64,000 nt of DNA. It comes from Pachysolen tannophilus NRRL Y-2460 (lineage: Eukaryota). The notes beneath the pieces are model-generated. The model worked only from the letters and a program-made list of their open reading frames with translations, did not search any database and was not told where the DNA came from. The position numbers and the translations under genes are program-made. Every line of letters begins with the position of its first letter. The first letter of the stretch is position 1. Location of the stretch: NCBI GenBank assembly GCA_001661245.1, contig KV454014.1, positions 450,954-514,953 on the forward strand, read 5' to 3'. Of the stretch, positions 11,787 to 23,954 are shown piece by piece.

Positions 11787-12364
11787 TTACTTTCTTCTGA
11801 AAGCACAACCTTCTGATAATTTAGCCTTACCACCGGTTGGAGTACATAAAACAGTAGTACATGAATCGCATACAACAGCGGTTTGAGCGTGTGAGAAAAC
11901 TGTGGTGATGTTTAAACAACCTGGACATCTAACATCCATGAAAAATGAACGTGGAGATTGAACCAAGGTCTTTAACTTGTGCTTCTTAGCTTCTGAAGCT
12001 GGAGTTGGGTTTAATAAATCAACGACTAAGACCTAATTGCAAGAAAAAAAAAAAGAAATAAAATTGCACAGTTAGTAAATCAAATCTAATAATTCCAAAA
12101 GGTAGAAAAAAAATGTAATTTGAATAAATGATATATACGGCAACAGATGATCCCACATTATTGGCAGTTAACAAAAGCAAATAGAAAAGAAAAAAAAGAA
12201 AAATTCCCACTAAATATATTATAATTAACTTCTTTTCATCAACTTTGCTTAACATATGAATCTTTAATACCGTTCCAATATCTAGGTCTAGGAATAAAAT
12301 CTATCCATCTAACTATCGTATATCATCCATTCTAATTCATTTGCTGATATATAAAACATACCAT
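11787..12364 (-). CDS. RPS27: 40S ribosomal protein eS27, spliced (not in ORF track)
   Basis: Exon 1 is ATG only (12362-12364). Intron 12033-12361: GTATGT...TACTAAC (12071-12077)...TAG. Exon 2 (11787-12032) gives [40 protein letters not shown]...CDSC...[15 protein letters not shown], 82 aa. Confidence 0.98.
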
Positions 12365-12573
12365 ATTGCTCTATATTATTTTCAAGTTGATATCTATGAT
12401 TAATTAATTAAATAATTATTAAAGATTTATAATTAAATTATTATATAAAATTATACGGCACAACCTGAAAAAAAAAAAAAAATTGTAAAAAATTTTTCAC
12501 TAAAAAAATCGAAAAAGGAAAAAAAAAAGAAAAAAAAAAAAATTTTTTTTTTCTTGAAAAAAATTCGAGAAAT

Positions 12574-12592
12574 TTAGGGTTAAAAGCCCTAA
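12574..12592. promoter_or_regulatory. Inverted TTAGGG/CCCTAA pair, Tbf1-type ribosomal-protein promoter element
   Basis: TTAGGG-ttaaaag-CCCTAA about 210 bp upstream of the RPS27 ATG. Confidence 0.6.
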
Positions 12593-12965
12593 CAAGTAGT
12601 GTTCCAAATAAACAAAGCTCTTAATTGGGAAAGATCATAAATACCGAATTTTATTTAAATATTTTTTTCCCCAATATTTCCCAATTTGGAAAAACAAAGA
12701 TTTGAGAAAAAAAATTTTTTTACCTTTTTTCGGTTGTTTTACTTTTTTGGTTTTTTTTTGACTTTGTTACTTCCTAATGAGGAAATTTATCTTATCAGAT
12801 CAACTCAGCTACCACAAATATGCTAATATGTACCTATATGTAACTAAACTATAGATAGTACAATTATGACTTTTTTTAATTGGTCTAGTTAATGTTTTTT
12901 CCAAGTATGTTTGGTAAAATTTACTTTACCTTGGAGCGCAAATAGGGTAGGGTTTTTCTTCAAAG

Positions 12966-14498
12966 ATGTTGAAGCAATTAGATATAAACACTATAGATAA
13001 TAGGTCTGTTCAGAATGGAGATAGTAAGAAAAGTAAAACTTTGCGAGCCGCATCTTTGTCTTTTCAAGCTGCAGGTAGGAAAAGTAAAGATGATTTAATA
13101 TATGATGAGAATGATGTTGGAGTTGCAACTAAAGCAGCTGCTGAAGCTGTTGCTAATACTACTGCATTGGCACAAGATGCCCGTTATTTGAAGAGCATTA
13201 AGCTGGATAAACAAAATTTTTTTGGAAAAGTTGTGATGGATGAAGTTGAAGTTGAAGTTGAAGCTGAAGCTGAAGAAAATGGAAATACTAAAGATGAGTA
13301 TAATAAGGTTAAAGATTTTTCTAATAAAGTTGAAAATGATTCTTCTTTAAAAATGGAACCGATTTCAATTAAAAAAAACTCAATTATTTCTGGAACTTCT
13401 GATGATAGTTTTTATAAATATTTTAACAAATATCCTTGGTTATTTTTTTTCATTCTTTTATTACCTGATACTTTCAAAATATTATTAATTATTGGATTTT
13501 GTTTAGAATGGTCATGGAAATGTTATCTACAGAAAAAACAAGAAATTTACAAATTAATTGAAAATTATAACAATTGTAATGATCCAACAGATGATTTAAA
13601 ATTGAATATTGTTTCCAAAAATAATAAGGCAATGATTTCTTTATTAATACATTGGTTAGGTATAATATTAAGTGGGTTTTTCTTGGATCTTTCAACTTAT
13701 TATATTCATGATTTAAAAATTTTGTTCAATAGGTTTAATGCAATATCTTTAATTTCATTTGGTACAATACATATAATTTTGGAATTACATGAAGGTAAAA
13801 ATATTAAAGATACGAAGATGATAATTAAGAAAATTTCTAAAGATTTAAAATTAAAAGATTTAAAAAATAAAAAAAATTCAAGAGATTTGAAAAATTTAGA
13901 AATATTAACAAAAAATTTAAGCCAAAAAATTGAAATTGAAGAAGAAGAAATAAATCGTCTTAGAAAAATTAATAAAAAATTAATGATTGAAATTAGTGCT
14001 GCAAAAAGAAATTCAGGCAAAAGTAAATTATTGGCTTTAAATACTGGGGTAGGTGGACCTCTTAGTGGATTTAATGGTTTACATGGTTTTAATGAGAATA
14101 ATAAAAATTTAATTAAGCGTAATCTCACACAAGGTGTTACAGGTAATGCAACTGGTTCTGGACCAGCAGATAATTCCATTTTTAACTTTTATGGTGTTCC
14201 ATTAAGTTCTACCATAGTAGATTCGTTGAAAAGACAAATATCTCCTTCTTCAAATCAAATTAATAATGATAATCATTCACAACATCCAACACAGTTATTA
14301 TTAACTCCAGGTGAACAACAAATAAATTCAACCACAATTCCAAATTCAAATTTTAATGTGTTAAATTCTGGAAAAAATAAAAATCAAAATTTTTTAAAAA
14401 GTAATTGGTTAACTTCTTTAATCGAAAGAGTAATGTTTTGGGGATTGAAGAAAATAATGAAAGTTATCAGTTTATTCTTGGGATCAGGAGAACCATAA
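12966..14498 (+). CDS. Hypothetical membrane protein (about 3-4 TM helices, then coiled coil)
   Basis: 510-aa ORF with hydrophobic segments (WLFFFILLL..., ISLLIHWLGIILSGFFL, AISLISFGTIHII) and a K/E-rich coiled coil. Family not recognised. Confidence 0.75.
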   Translation: MLKQLDINTIDNRSVQNGDSKKSKTLRAASLSFQAAGRKSKDDLIYDENDVGVATKAAAEAVANTTALAQDARYLKSIKLDKQNFFGKVVMDEVEVEVEAEAEENGNTKDEYNKVKDFSNKVENDSSLKMEPISIKKNSIISGTSDDSFYKYFNKYPWLFFFILLLPDTFKILLIIGFCLEWSWKCYLQKKQEIYKLIENYNNCNDPTDDLKLNIVSKNNKAMISLLIHWLGIILSGFFLDLSTYYIHDLKILFNRFNAISLISFGTIHIILELHEGKNIKDTKMIIKKISKDLKLKDLKNKKNSRDLKNLEILTKNLSQKIEIEEEEINRLRKINKKLMIEISAAKRNSGKSKLLALNTGVGGPLSGFNGLHGFNENNKNLIKRNLTQGVTGNATGSGPADNSIFNFYGVPLSSTIVDSLKRQISPSSNQINNDNHSQHPTQLLLTPGEQQINSTTIPNSNFNVLNSGKNKNQNFLKSNWLTSLIERVMFWGLKKIMKVISLFLGSGEP

Positions 14499-14802
14499 CA
14501 CGCTATTTCTTTACAAATTCTTTCTTTATTTCTTTCCAACTTCTTCTCAAATTAATACTTATATTGTGAAAATCATATATACAGAATGTTAAAATAGCAT
14601 AGATTATAACAGTGATTAATCAATGGAATAGAAAAATTCGTAATAGAGAAAAGGATGCAAAAGCAAAAAAAAAAAAAAAAAAGTAAAAATCACAATTGGC
14701 ACATCTTTCTAAACAATAAAAAAATAAATAAAAAAAAAATTAAGTCATAATTCATTGAATTTCAAAAGCTTGTAAAATGAAATCTCTTTCTATGATTTTT
14801 GA

Positions 14803-17493
14803 TTAATCAACTTGATTCACATTCTCCAAATTGAAGCTCTCAACAATTTTCTTTTGATATAAAACTGATTTCAATGTCTTATTATAGAAATTAAAACTCA
14901 GATCACTACTTTTCAAGCTCGAGACAATCTTTTCCTTTCTAGAAGCTGCTTTGTCAATAGAAGTTTGAAATGAATTCAAAACTTCCCTTGAAGGAATATT
15001 TAAAACAGTCCTTACTTCTTTGGAAATTCTTAAAGAGTTCAAATGAGGATAATTCAATTCATTGATCTGCTTTGCAATTTTCTTTGCAGTTTTTCTTTGA
15101 AATGAGTTTGGCATGTCTAAAATTAAATAAGAAACTGAAACCATACCTGCAAAAATTAATAATGGCTTCGAAACTGTGACCAAGAATTCAACTCTAAACA
15201 AATCAGATACTGATACAAAATTCTTCAAAAGATACAAGTTATTAGTAAAGAATTTTGTAGCTGAATATACAGCTAATGCTGAAGCTGAATTTTTCCAAAT
15301 CATTAACTGATTATTTGATAAATTCGTAAAAGGTATCAATGAATGGATTGAAGAAGATGAAGATGAAGATGAAGCTGGTGTATTACTTTTAAAGCCAATT
15401 GCTTTTGCAAAATTTTCAAAAGAAGGATCAAAGAAATCCAATATTGAAATATCATATTTTAATTTTTTTTGAATAGAATCTTTCTTTCTGCTAAACATTA
15501 ATTCATCTCTGAAAACTCTATTCGTATAGAAATCAGATCCTAATTCATCAGATCCAATCTGCTTGATAACTTCAACTTTTTCAGTTGTTTTTTTCCTTGC
15601 ATAATTTTCACCAACTACTACAGACTGCAGAAGCTTATTAATCATTGCTTGTTGTAATTCAACTGAATATTGATATAAATCTTTTAAACCAGAATATTCT
15701 ATCAAATTTTCGCTATTCATTTCCAGAATTGTTTCATCAATTGTTTTCTTGCTGTAATTGTAAACATCAGTAGCAGTGTTTTCAATGATTTTGTTTATTG
15801 CATCATTTATCTTAACGCTTCTTTGCATTGCAGATTCATATTTAGGCATTATTTCATTCAATTCTTTAATCATTTCTTCTTTTTCTTTTGAATATAATTG
15901 TTCATTAAGCTTAAACAAAACTTCCAAATCAGATAATAATCTAAACAAGTAATTCTTGGATGGTAATAATTTGGATAAAGATCTTTTCTCCAAAATGAAA
16001 TTTCTCAAGCATGCTTCTAAATGATCAAAGTCCGGATCATCTGGTCCAGCATCACCACCACCATTATCATCTGGATCATTTCCAGGTCCATCACCGTCAC
16101 CAGGATTATCTTTTTGAATGTTATTTGAAGAGACAAAATGTACAAAGTCTCTTGCATCTTTATGTGTATCTGGGGATAAACTTTGGACTTGATCTAATAT
16201 TTTTCTCATACATTTATCTTTATCTTTAACGGAATCAAATTTATTGATAACAATGAAAATCAAATTTTTTTCATTTGCAGCAGAGCTTATAAATTCTTTA
16301 CCACTTAAAGTAAAATGATTTTTAGCATCTACAACAAATACAACCAAATCAATTTCTTCTTGTCTTGAAAAAACTTGAGTTGTTTGATAAGAATCCATGT
16401 TTAAGCCAGGAGCATCGATTAATGAAATATCGATAATTCCATTTTTCAATAAACTTTGCTCTATTGGTCTATTATCATTACAATAAATTTTTAAAATGGC
16501 ATATGTATCACTTTGATATACCAAATCATCAATATCCTTTAAGGGGAAAATTTTGTAAGTTGATTCATCTTTTATATCATAATGACTTCCAATTGGTACC
16601 GCATGTATTTCTTCTAAACCATTATTATCTCTAGCATCAATTACTTCACAAAATACATTAGTACATGGTTGTTCATCTTCAGGTAATAATTTTTTTCTTA
16701 ATAAAGCATTACAAAAAGCAGATTTACCTGAATTTAAATCCCCAGTTACAAATACTTTAGAAGAAGTATCATCTATTCTATCCTTTAATGCCAATAAATG
16801 CTTAATGGTTAATGCAATTTTTTCATCCAATAATGATGCTAATGATTCTTTATCCAAATTAGTAATAAAATTACCACCATCACGATGGAAATGATCCAAT
16901 CTAATATTAATATTTAAAATTTTAAATTCTGGAATTTCTCCATCTTCAAAATTTTCATCTGGTATAGCAGTTTCTGATAATTTCTTATCAGCAAAAGAAT
17001 TTTGTCTAAATAAAGCTAAATGAGATTTCTTACTATTCAATTTTTTTTCATTATTATCATTTATAACCGTTGGATAATAAATAGGTCTTTCTTTATTTTC
17101 AGTACGTAATTCATTTAAAATCTCAATCGAAGCATTAATGGACCTATCAAGAGCAACCTTATTATCGTTATATTGTAATTGTTGTATATGTGTCTTTAAC
17201 TGTCTATTATTACTTGTAACTCGATTTTTACTACTTGAACCTTGAATAAATTTATTATCATTACTTCCGTTACCATTAATTAAAGTTGTCGAATCATCTT
17301 CCAACCCACGGCCCGTAGAATACATGATCTTAGCATCAGGCAAAGAATTAATTAATTCATCTGCAGTTATTAAAGTCTTGGAATCATCATAATAATCTTC
17401 TTCATGATCAACGTTATTATTATTATGATATCCGTTACCGTTACCATTAATATTATTATTATTACCGTTTTTTTGATAATATTCTTCACTCAT
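14803..17493 (-). CDS. FZO1: Mitofusin GTPase
   Basis: SKVFVTGDLNSGKS P-loop, LPEDEQPCTNVFCEV, DAPGLN, QEEIDLVVFVV and NKFD; C-terminal TM and heptad region. Confidence 0.96.
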   Translation of the reverse strand: MSEEYYQKNGNNNNINGNGNGYHNNNNVDHEEDYYDDSKTLITADELINSLPDAKIMYSTGRGLEDDSTTLINGNGSNDNKFIQGSSSKNRVTSNNRQLKTHIQQLQYNDNKVALDRSINASIEILNELRTENKERPIYYPTVINDNNEKKLNSKKSHLALFRQNSFADKKLSETAIPDENFEDGEIPEFKILNINIRLDHFHRDGGNFITNLDKESLASLLDEKIALTIKHLLALKDRIDDTSSKVFVTGDLNSGKSAFCNALLRKKLLPEDEQPCTNVFCEVIDARDNNGLEEIHAVPIGSHYDIKDESTYKIFPLKDIDDLVYQSDTYAILKIYCNDNRPIEQSLLKNGIIDISLIDAPGLNMDSYQTTQVFSRQEEIDLVVFVVDAKNHFTLSGKEFISSAANEKNLIFIVINKFDSVKDKDKCMRKILDQVQSLSPDTHKDARDFVHFVSSNNIQKDNPGDGDGPGNDPDDNGGGDAGPDDPDFDHLEACLRNFILEKRSLSKLLPSKNYLFRLLSDLEVLFKLNEQLYSKEKEEMIKELNEIMPKYESAMQRSVKINDAINKIIENTATDVYNYSKKTIDETILEMNSENLIEYSGLKDLYQYSVELQQAMINKLLQSVVVGENYARKKTTEKVEVIKQIGSDELGSDFYTNRVFRDELMFSRKKDSIQKKLKYDISILDFFDPSFENFAKAIGFKSNTPASSSSSSSSIHSLIPFTNLSNNQLMIWKNSASALAVYSATKFFTNNLYLLKNFVSVSDLFRVEFLVTVSKPLLIFAGMVSVSYLILDMPNSFQRKTAKKIAKQINELNYPHLNSLRISKEVRTVLNIPSREVLNSFQTSIDKAASRKEKIVSSLKSSDLSFNFYNKTLKSVLYQKKIVESFNLENVNQVD

Positions 17494-17865
17494 CTTCTAC
17501 AATACACCCTTATATATATTGTAATCTGATAGATTATAACATCCAATAGATTCAATAGAGAACTAAAGGTTATATTACCTCGACTCTTTGTTCAAAGGAT
17601 CAGGTGTTTAATTATTATATTACTATAATTTTGCCATCATTTAATTTTTTTTTTTTTGCCATTACAAAAACAACAAAAAAAAAAAAACAAACAAAAAAAC
17701 AAGAGAAACAAGAAAAATTGGTTACAAATTGCAAAAAAATAGTTGAATACTACATAGAGAATAAAAGAGAAGAAAATCCAAGTTTTGTTTTCGTTAAGTT
17801 CATTATAATGATGGCTAGTGGTGATAGCTAGTGATAATTGATTTAAATCGATTATTAATTTTTTT

Positions 17866-18900
17866 TTAATGATTATTGTCAATTTCGAATAATTCATGGT
17901 AGGAGATACCTATAAATTTATGTAAATCACTTGTTTGCATTGCTCTACCTTTTTCTACAAAAGCTTTTCTTGCAGATAATCTTGTGATAGTGCTACCTCC
18001 AAAGCAACTGAGTATGATTAATTCTTCATCAGTTAGAATTGGAGGAGTTTTAGCTCCTTCCCAAATTTGTGGTTTATAGGCGGATTCTGTCCAAGAAAGA
18101 AGAGTTGCAGTCACACCAGTGAAGGAATCACCTTGGCCACCAACTCTTTTATTGGAACCAGTAGTTGAACTAATAACATAGTTGTCACCTTTGACTATGA
18201 TATCTTTTTCTCCTTTCTGGACAATGGTAACGTTACCCAATTTTTTGGAAATTTGAGAAGCAGTATCAGCTGCAGACGCAGCATCATCAGCATGAACACC
18301 AAGAGAGTCTGCTAATCTCTTAAACTCAACCACATTAGGGGTTAACACGGCCTTTTCATAACCTTTAATAATTTCTGGTTTCAAAGAAACTAAATATAAC
18401 GCATCTGCATCTAGAATAAGTGGTAAATTTCTTTTTTTAACTTCACCAATTATCAATTCCAAAGTCCTCAACATATAACCATCTCTTCCAAAACCAGGCC
18501 CGGCAACAACAACATGGACTCTGTCTAATATTTGAGAAATTTTCTTCATCACTTTTTCTCGTAAAAAAAATTCACCTTCCTCATCACCACCATCACCATC
18601 ATCATTTTGATATTTTTCTGGTATATTATCTTTTTCAAACATATACGGATGAACCATCAAATCAGGTGAATAACTTTTTATAATTGGAGCAGCTAACGTC
18701 TCACAGATTATATGAGTCAAATCACATCCCATTAAAGCTGAAGCATGAGCACTGAAAAAAGGTGCCCCTGTATAATCTTCACATCCTCCAATAACTACAA
18801 CTCTACCTGCTTGACCTTTATGAAATTTAGATAAAAGCGGCGGAATAAATTTTTTAGTCAAAGAAATCAATTCTTTTGTAGACTTGTTAACTAATGACAT
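17866..18900 (-). CDS. NNR2: ATP-dependent NAD(P)HX dehydratase (YKL151C family)
   Basis: HKGQAGRVVVIGGCEDYTGAPFFS, IKSYSPDLMVHP, GPGFGR, LTPNVVEF and KRVGGQGD. Confidence 0.94.
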   Translation of the reverse strand: MSLVNKSTKELISLTKKFIPPLLSKFHKGQAGRVVVIGGCEDYTGAPFFSAHASALMGCDLTHIICETLAAPIIKSYSPDLMVHPYMFEKDNIPEKYQNDDGDGGDEEGEFFLREKVMKKISQILDRVHVVVAGPGFGRDGYMLRTLELIIGEVKKRNLPLILDADALYLVSLKPEIIKGYEKAVLTPNVVEFKRLADSLGVHADDAASAADTASQISKKLGNVTIVQKGEKDIIVKGDNYVISSTTGSNKRVGGQGDSFTGVTATLLSWTESAYKPQIWEGAKTPPILTDEELIILSCFGGSTITRLSARKAFVEKGRAMQTSDLHKFIGISYHELFEIDNNH

Positions 18901-19204
18901 ATTCTATTGATCAATACACCAATAAACTATATAGATAAACTATTTATCAATCGATCAATCAATCAATCAATAAAAAATGGTTCTGATTAGATGATAATTG
19001 CGCCGGCAATTAAGTGGTGCTTTCCGGCCCGATACCAATTGGAAAAATTGTGGCAATTTTTGGAAGAAGAATTCGGTTTTCGACCAGTTTTAAATAATTA
19101 AATGTAATTCTATTTATCAATTGGTTTTAAAAAATTGATTTATTGATTTATTGATTGATATATTACTATTATCAGTTTGAAGAAGTAGTTTTGTATATGG
19201 GTTT

Positions 19205-20110
19205 ATGTTAACAAGTAGAATGTTTTCAAAATTATCACTTAATTCTAGAATTTTAATTTCTGCAGCTGCTAGTTCTGTTGCAATTGGTTCAGCTTATTAT
19301 TTTTCATCATCATCATCTGCAATTTATAATGAACCATCAAAGGCTTTTAAAGGAGATGATCAATGGATTGATTTAAAATTGAAAAAGACAATTCAAGTTT
19401 CTAGAGATACAAGAAAATTATTTTTTGAATTACCTTCACCAGATGATGTTAGTGGTTTAATTACAACATCTTGTGTATTAGCAAAATTTGTTACACCAAA
19501 AGGTTCAAATGTTATTAGACCTTATACTCCAATTTCAGATATTGGTGAAAAGGGACAAATTGAATTTTTAATTAAGAGATACCCTGAAGGTAAGATGGGT
19601 AATCATATTTTTGAATTAAAAGAAAATGATACTTTATCATTTAAAGGTCCAATTACAAAATTTAAATGGGAACCAAATCAATTTTCAGATATTGGATTAA
19701 TTGGTGGTGGTACTGGTATTACCCCATTATATCAATTGTTACATCATGTTACTGCTAACCCAAGTGATAAAACAAAAATTCATTTATTTTATGGTAATAA
19801 AACTGAAGATGATATTTTATTAAAACCAGAAATTGATGCAATTGCTCAAAAATTCCCAGATCAAGTTAAAGTCACTTATTTCCTTGATACTCCACCATCA
19901 GGCTGGAAAGGTCAATCCGGTTTCATCACTAAAGATTTCTTGAAAGAAAACCTTCCAGGTCCAAGTGATAAAGTTCATGTCTTTGTTTGTGGTCCACCAC
20001 CTTTATATAAGGCAATCTCTGGAAATAAAACTAGTCCAAGTGACCAAGGTGAATTGACAGGTGCTTTGTCAGAATTAGGTTACACCAAAGAACAAGTTTT
20101 CAAATATTAA
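19205..20110 (+). CDS. MCR1: Mitochondrial NADH-cytochrome b5 reductase
   Basis: RPYTP FAD motif, [16 protein letters not shown] and C-terminal QVFKY; N-terminal targeting/anchor segment; divergent from NNR2 as in S. cerevisiae. Confidence 0.95.
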   Translation: MLTSRMFSKLSLNSRILISAAASSVAIGSAYYFSSSSSAIYNEPSKAFKGDDQWIDLKLKKTIQVSRDTRKLFFELPSPDDVSGLITTSCVLAKFVTPKGSNVIRPYTPISDIGEKGQIEFLIKRYPEGKMGNHIFELKENDTLSFKGPITKFKWEPNQFSDIGLIGGGTGITPLYQLLHHVTANPSDKTKIHLFYGNKTEDDILLKPEIDAIAQKFPDQVKVTYFLDTPPSGWKGQSGFITKDFLKENLPGPSDKVHVFVCGPPPLYKAISGNKTSPSDQGELTGALSELGYTKEQVFKY

Positions 20111-20567
20111 AAATATATTAAAGTCTAGAGTTTTATCCCTAAGCAAAAAGTTTTTTCTTATATAATTTCTCTACTTATATGATAAGTTTTTATATTCCTT
20201 TACTTCGATAAGAAGATTATTTTCATTTTTTTCATTATTTTTTTTTATTTTATTTTATTTTCATTTTTATTTTTTTATTTTATCACATTCATTACACAAA
20301 TTAAATAAATTCAATAAGCATTATTTAAATGCTATTATCACAATTCAAAAATTGTTGTAGTTGATTCAATTTCATTTACTTTGTTAGTTTTCAATTGTGT
20401 TAAAGAGGTTTATATTATTATATATTGATTAGCTAGCTTCAAACGACTGATTTTTTATATATACATAGATAAAACTTTTCACCAAATACAAAAGATTGTT
20501 TAGGGAAGGTATTTTTCTTCGTTTTTTTTTGGAATAAACGATTTGATTGCTTGAATTAAGCAACGTG

Positions 20568-21989
20568 ATGTCGAGTAGTGGAGCTACTAAGATTAGAGTA
20601 GCTATTGAAGGTTGTTGTCATGGTGAACTTGATCAAATTTATAATTCGTTATTGGATAAAGCATCAAGAATTAATCAAGCATTACCTGATTTATTAATAA
20701 TTTGTGGAGATTTCCAATCTGTGAGAAACGAACTGGATTTGAATTGTATTTCTATGCCAATAAAATATAGGAAATTAGGAGATTTTCAAAGTTATTATAC
20801 CGGTGTAAAGAAAGCTCCATTAATGACAATATTTATAGGAGGAAATCATGAAGCATCAAATTATTTACAAGAATTAAAATTTGGTGGATGGGTAGCTCCA
20901 AATATTTATTATTTAGGACATTCAGGGTGTATATGGTATAAAGGTCTTAGGATAAGTGGGATATCAGGAATATGGTATCCTTATGATTTTAGTAAACCTA
21001 GATTGGAGAAATTACCTTATGATCAAAATTCAATTAGATCTATTTATCATGTTAGAAAATTGGATTTTTTAAAACAATTTTTAATTAAACAACCAATTTC
21101 AGTGATGTTATCACATGATTGGCCACAAGGAATTGAAAATTATGGGAATTTGAATAGATTATTAAGATTTAAACCTTTTTTCCAAAAAGATATAATTAGT
21201 GGGAAATTAGGATCTCCTGTTAATAGAATATTATTATCTAAATTAATGCCTGAATATTGGTTTTCAGCACATTTACATGTTAAATTTGAAGCTGAAGTTT
21301 TCCATGAATCATCAATTAAGAAAAGGAAAAATAGTTTAGATAAAAATGAAAATTTGGAATTGGAAAATAGTGAATTTAAAAAATTGAAAAATGAATCAAA
21401 TTTAAAAGTAAATAAAGAAGAAATAAGTTTAGAATTAGATGATGAAAATTCATCTCAAGAAGAAGAAGAATCTATTTCTGATGAGGAAAAAATTGGAAAA
21501 CAAAAACAAAAACAACAATTAATTCAAGAATTTGATATAAATAAATTAAATCAATTTGATTCTTTTACATTTACTTCTACAAAATTCTTAGCCTTGGATA
21601 AATGTCTTCCAAAGAGAAATTTTTTAGAACTTTTACACATTCCAGTCACTTCAACAAAACATCCTTCATTTATAGATAACCAAAACTTATACTGGGATAA
21701 AGAATACATAGCAATAACAAAAGTTTTCCACAACATGTTCATCCATACAGACTATTACAAGAAACTATACAAATTCGAAGAAATCTTCAATATAGATAAA
21801 GATATCCTAGATGAATTAAAAAGAGAAATCAATATAGAATTTGAAAAATTAAACGAAAAATCCCATGATTCCTTCCAAATAAACCCAAACTTTTTCGTGA
21901 AAACTGCAAACACAGATACAACTGAACTCAAAGAATACGAAAATCCACAAACAACTACTTTCCTATCAAATTTCAACATAAATCAATAA
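20568..21989 (+). CDS. DBR1: RNA lariat debranching enzyme
   Basis: EGCCHGEL, GDFQ, GGNHEAS, SHDWP, WFSAHLH and FLALDKCLP. First ATG at 20568. Confidence 0.96.
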   Translation: MSSSGATKIRVAIEGCCHGELDQIYNSLLDKASRINQALPDLLIICGDFQSVRNELDLNCISMPIKYRKLGDFQSYYTGVKKAPLMTIFIGGNHEASNYLQELKFGGWVAPNIYYLGHSGCIWYKGLRISGISGIWYPYDFSKPRLEKLPYDQNSIRSIYHVRKLDFLKQFLIKQPISVMLSHDWPQGIENYGNLNRLLRFKPFFQKDIISGKLGSPVNRILLSKLMPEYWFSAHLHVKFEAEVFHESSIKKRKNSLDKNENLELENSEFKKLKNESNLKVNKEEISLELDDENSSQEEEESISDEEKIGKQKQKQQLIQEFDINKLNQFDSFTFTSTKFLALDKCLPKRNFLELLHIPVTSTKHPSFIDNQNLYWDKEYIAITKVFHNMFIHTDYYKKLYKFEEIFNIDKDILDELKREINIEFEKLNEKSHDSFQINPNFFVKTANTDTTELKEYENPQTTTFLSNFNINQ

Positions 21990-22137
21990 TTACAACAACA
22001 AGCTCAAAATTCAGCTCAAAAACCTGTATAGTAATCATAGTAATCAGAAGAATTCCGTACAATAGAAAAAAGGTCGTGTGTTTTGTAGACAAGTTTTCTT
22101 TGTAGCTTTAAAAATTTCGAGAAATCAATGTGTCTGA

Positions 22138-22147
22138 TTTTGCCTCC
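22138..22147 (-). promoter_or_regulatory. Rpn4/PACE-like element GGAGGCAAAA
   Basis: TTTTGCCTCC on the + strand, about 140 bp upstream of the proteasome gene RPT1; resembles Rpn4 site variants of non-Saccharomyces yeasts. Confidence 0.5.
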
Positions 22148-22287
22148 CAATTGGAAGCGATACGATAGCATTTTATAATATAACCATTTTAATTGTTTAT
22201 CAATTAACACTTGAATTGTGAATAAGAGAGTGAGTGTGAGTGTATCAGAGAAGAAGAAAAGACAAGTAAAAGAAAAAAAAAAGAAAT

Positions 22288-23673
22288 ATGCTGCCAAAAG
22301 AGGATTGGGAAAAATATAAGGCGCCGATTGAAGATGAGAAAAAACCTGAAGATGAAATCAAACCTTTGTCTGAAGGTGATATTCAAGTTTTGAAAACATA
22401 CGGTGCAGCTCCATATGGAGCTGCGTTGAAGCAAATTGAGGATGATTTGAAAGAGATTGAGAATAGAATTAAAGAGAAGGTAGGAGTTGAAGAAAGTGAC
22501 ACTGGGTTAGCTCCTTCGACATTATGGGATGTAGCTGCTGATAAACAAAGGATGTCTGAAGAACAACCTTTACAAGTTGCAAGATGTACTAAGATTATTA
22601 AGAGCGGTGGTGATTCGTCTTCTTCTCTGGGTACTGGTGGTGCTGGTAATGAGAGTGGGGGTGATAATCTGGATACAAATCTGATTGATGAAAAGGCAAA
22701 ATATGTTATTAATATAAAACAAATAGCTAAATTTGTTGTTGGATTGGGAGAAAAAGTTTCTCCAACAGATATTGAAGAAGGTATGAGAGTAGGTGTTGAT
22801 AGAACAAAATATGAAATCCAATTACCATTACCGCCAAGAATTGATCCTTCTGTAACGATGATGACAGTTGAAGAAAAACCAGATGTTACTTATAGTGATG
22901 TAGGTGGATGTAAAGATCAAATTGAAAAATTAAGAGAAGTTGTTGAATTACCATTGTTATCACCAGAAAGATTTGTTAAATTGGGTATTGATCCTCCAAA
23001 AGGTATATTACTTTATGGACCTCCAGGTACAGGGAAAACATTATGTGCTAGAGCTGTTGCTAATAGAACAGATGCAACTTTTATTAGAGTTATTGGTTCT
23101 GAATTGGTTCAGAAATATGTTGGTGAAGGTGCTAGAATGGTTAGAGATTTATTTGAAATGGCAAGAACTAAAAAAGCATGTATTGTATTTTTTGATGAAA
23201 TTGATGCTATTGGTGGTGCAAGATTTGATGATGGTGCAGGTGGTGACAATGAAGTTCAAAGAACAATGTTGGAATTAATTACTCAATTGGATGGTTTTGA
23301 TCCAAGAGGTAATATTAAAGTTATGTTTGCTACAAATAGACCAAATACTTTAGATCCAGCATTATTAAGACCAGGAAGAATTGATAGAAAAGTAGAATTT
23401 TCATTACCAGATCTTGAAGGACGTGCAAACATTTTCAGAATTCATTCAAAATCAATGTCTGTAGAAAGAGATATAAGATGGGAATTAATTTCAAGATTAT
23501 GTCCAAACTCAACAGGTGCTGAATTAAGATCTGTATGTACAGAAGCAGGTATGTTTGCCATAAGAGCAAGGAGAAAAGTCGCAACTGAAAAGGATTTCTT
23601 GGCTGCTGTTGAAAAAGTTATTAAAGGTAATATGAAGTTTAGTTCTACTAGTAGATACATGCAATATAATTAG
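22288..23673 (+). CDS. RPT1: 26S proteasome regulatory AAA ATPase Rpt1
   Basis: [10 protein letters not shown] start, [29 protein letters not shown] and [11 protein letters not shown] end. Confidence 0.98.
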   Translation: MLPKEDWEKYKAPIEDEKKPEDEIKPLSEGDIQVLKTYGAAPYGAALKQIEDDLKEIENRIKEKVGVEESDTGLAPSTLWDVAADKQRMSEEQPLQVARCTKIIKSGGDSSSSLGTGGAGNESGGDNLDTNLIDEKAKYVINIKQIAKFVVGLGEKVSPTDIEEGMRVGVDRTKYEIQLPLPPRIDPSVTMMTVEEKPDVTYSDVGGCKDQIEKLREVVELPLLSPERFVKLGIDPPKGILLYGPPGTGKTLCARAVANRTDATFIRVIGSELVQKYVGEGARMVRDLFEMARTKKACIVFFDEIDAIGGARFDDGAGGDNEVQRTMLELITQLDGFDPRGNIKVMFATNRPNTLDPALLRPGRIDRKVEFSLPDLEGRANIFRIHSKSMSVERDIRWELISRLCPNSTGAELRSVCTEAGMFAIRARRKVATEKDFLAAVEKVIKGNMKFSSTSRYMQYN

Positions 23674-23954
23674 ATTTTACTTTGTTACTTTTGTTTACTT
23701 TTGTTTTATTGTTTGCATGATGAATGATTGTTTCATTGTTTTTGTTTTTTATTAGTTTCAATCCCAGTCCAGTTAGTGTTGCTTTTTTTTATTATTATTA
23801 TTATTCAACTTTTTTGTTTTATTTTTAAATAAAGGTTTTAATTTAAAAGGTTTATTTTGTAATGCTACATTATTTTTAGTCTATATCTAAAAAAAAAATA
23901 CACTCAATTTTGTTGTTGGTTGTTTTTTTTTTTTTTTTTATCAAATAAAAATAC

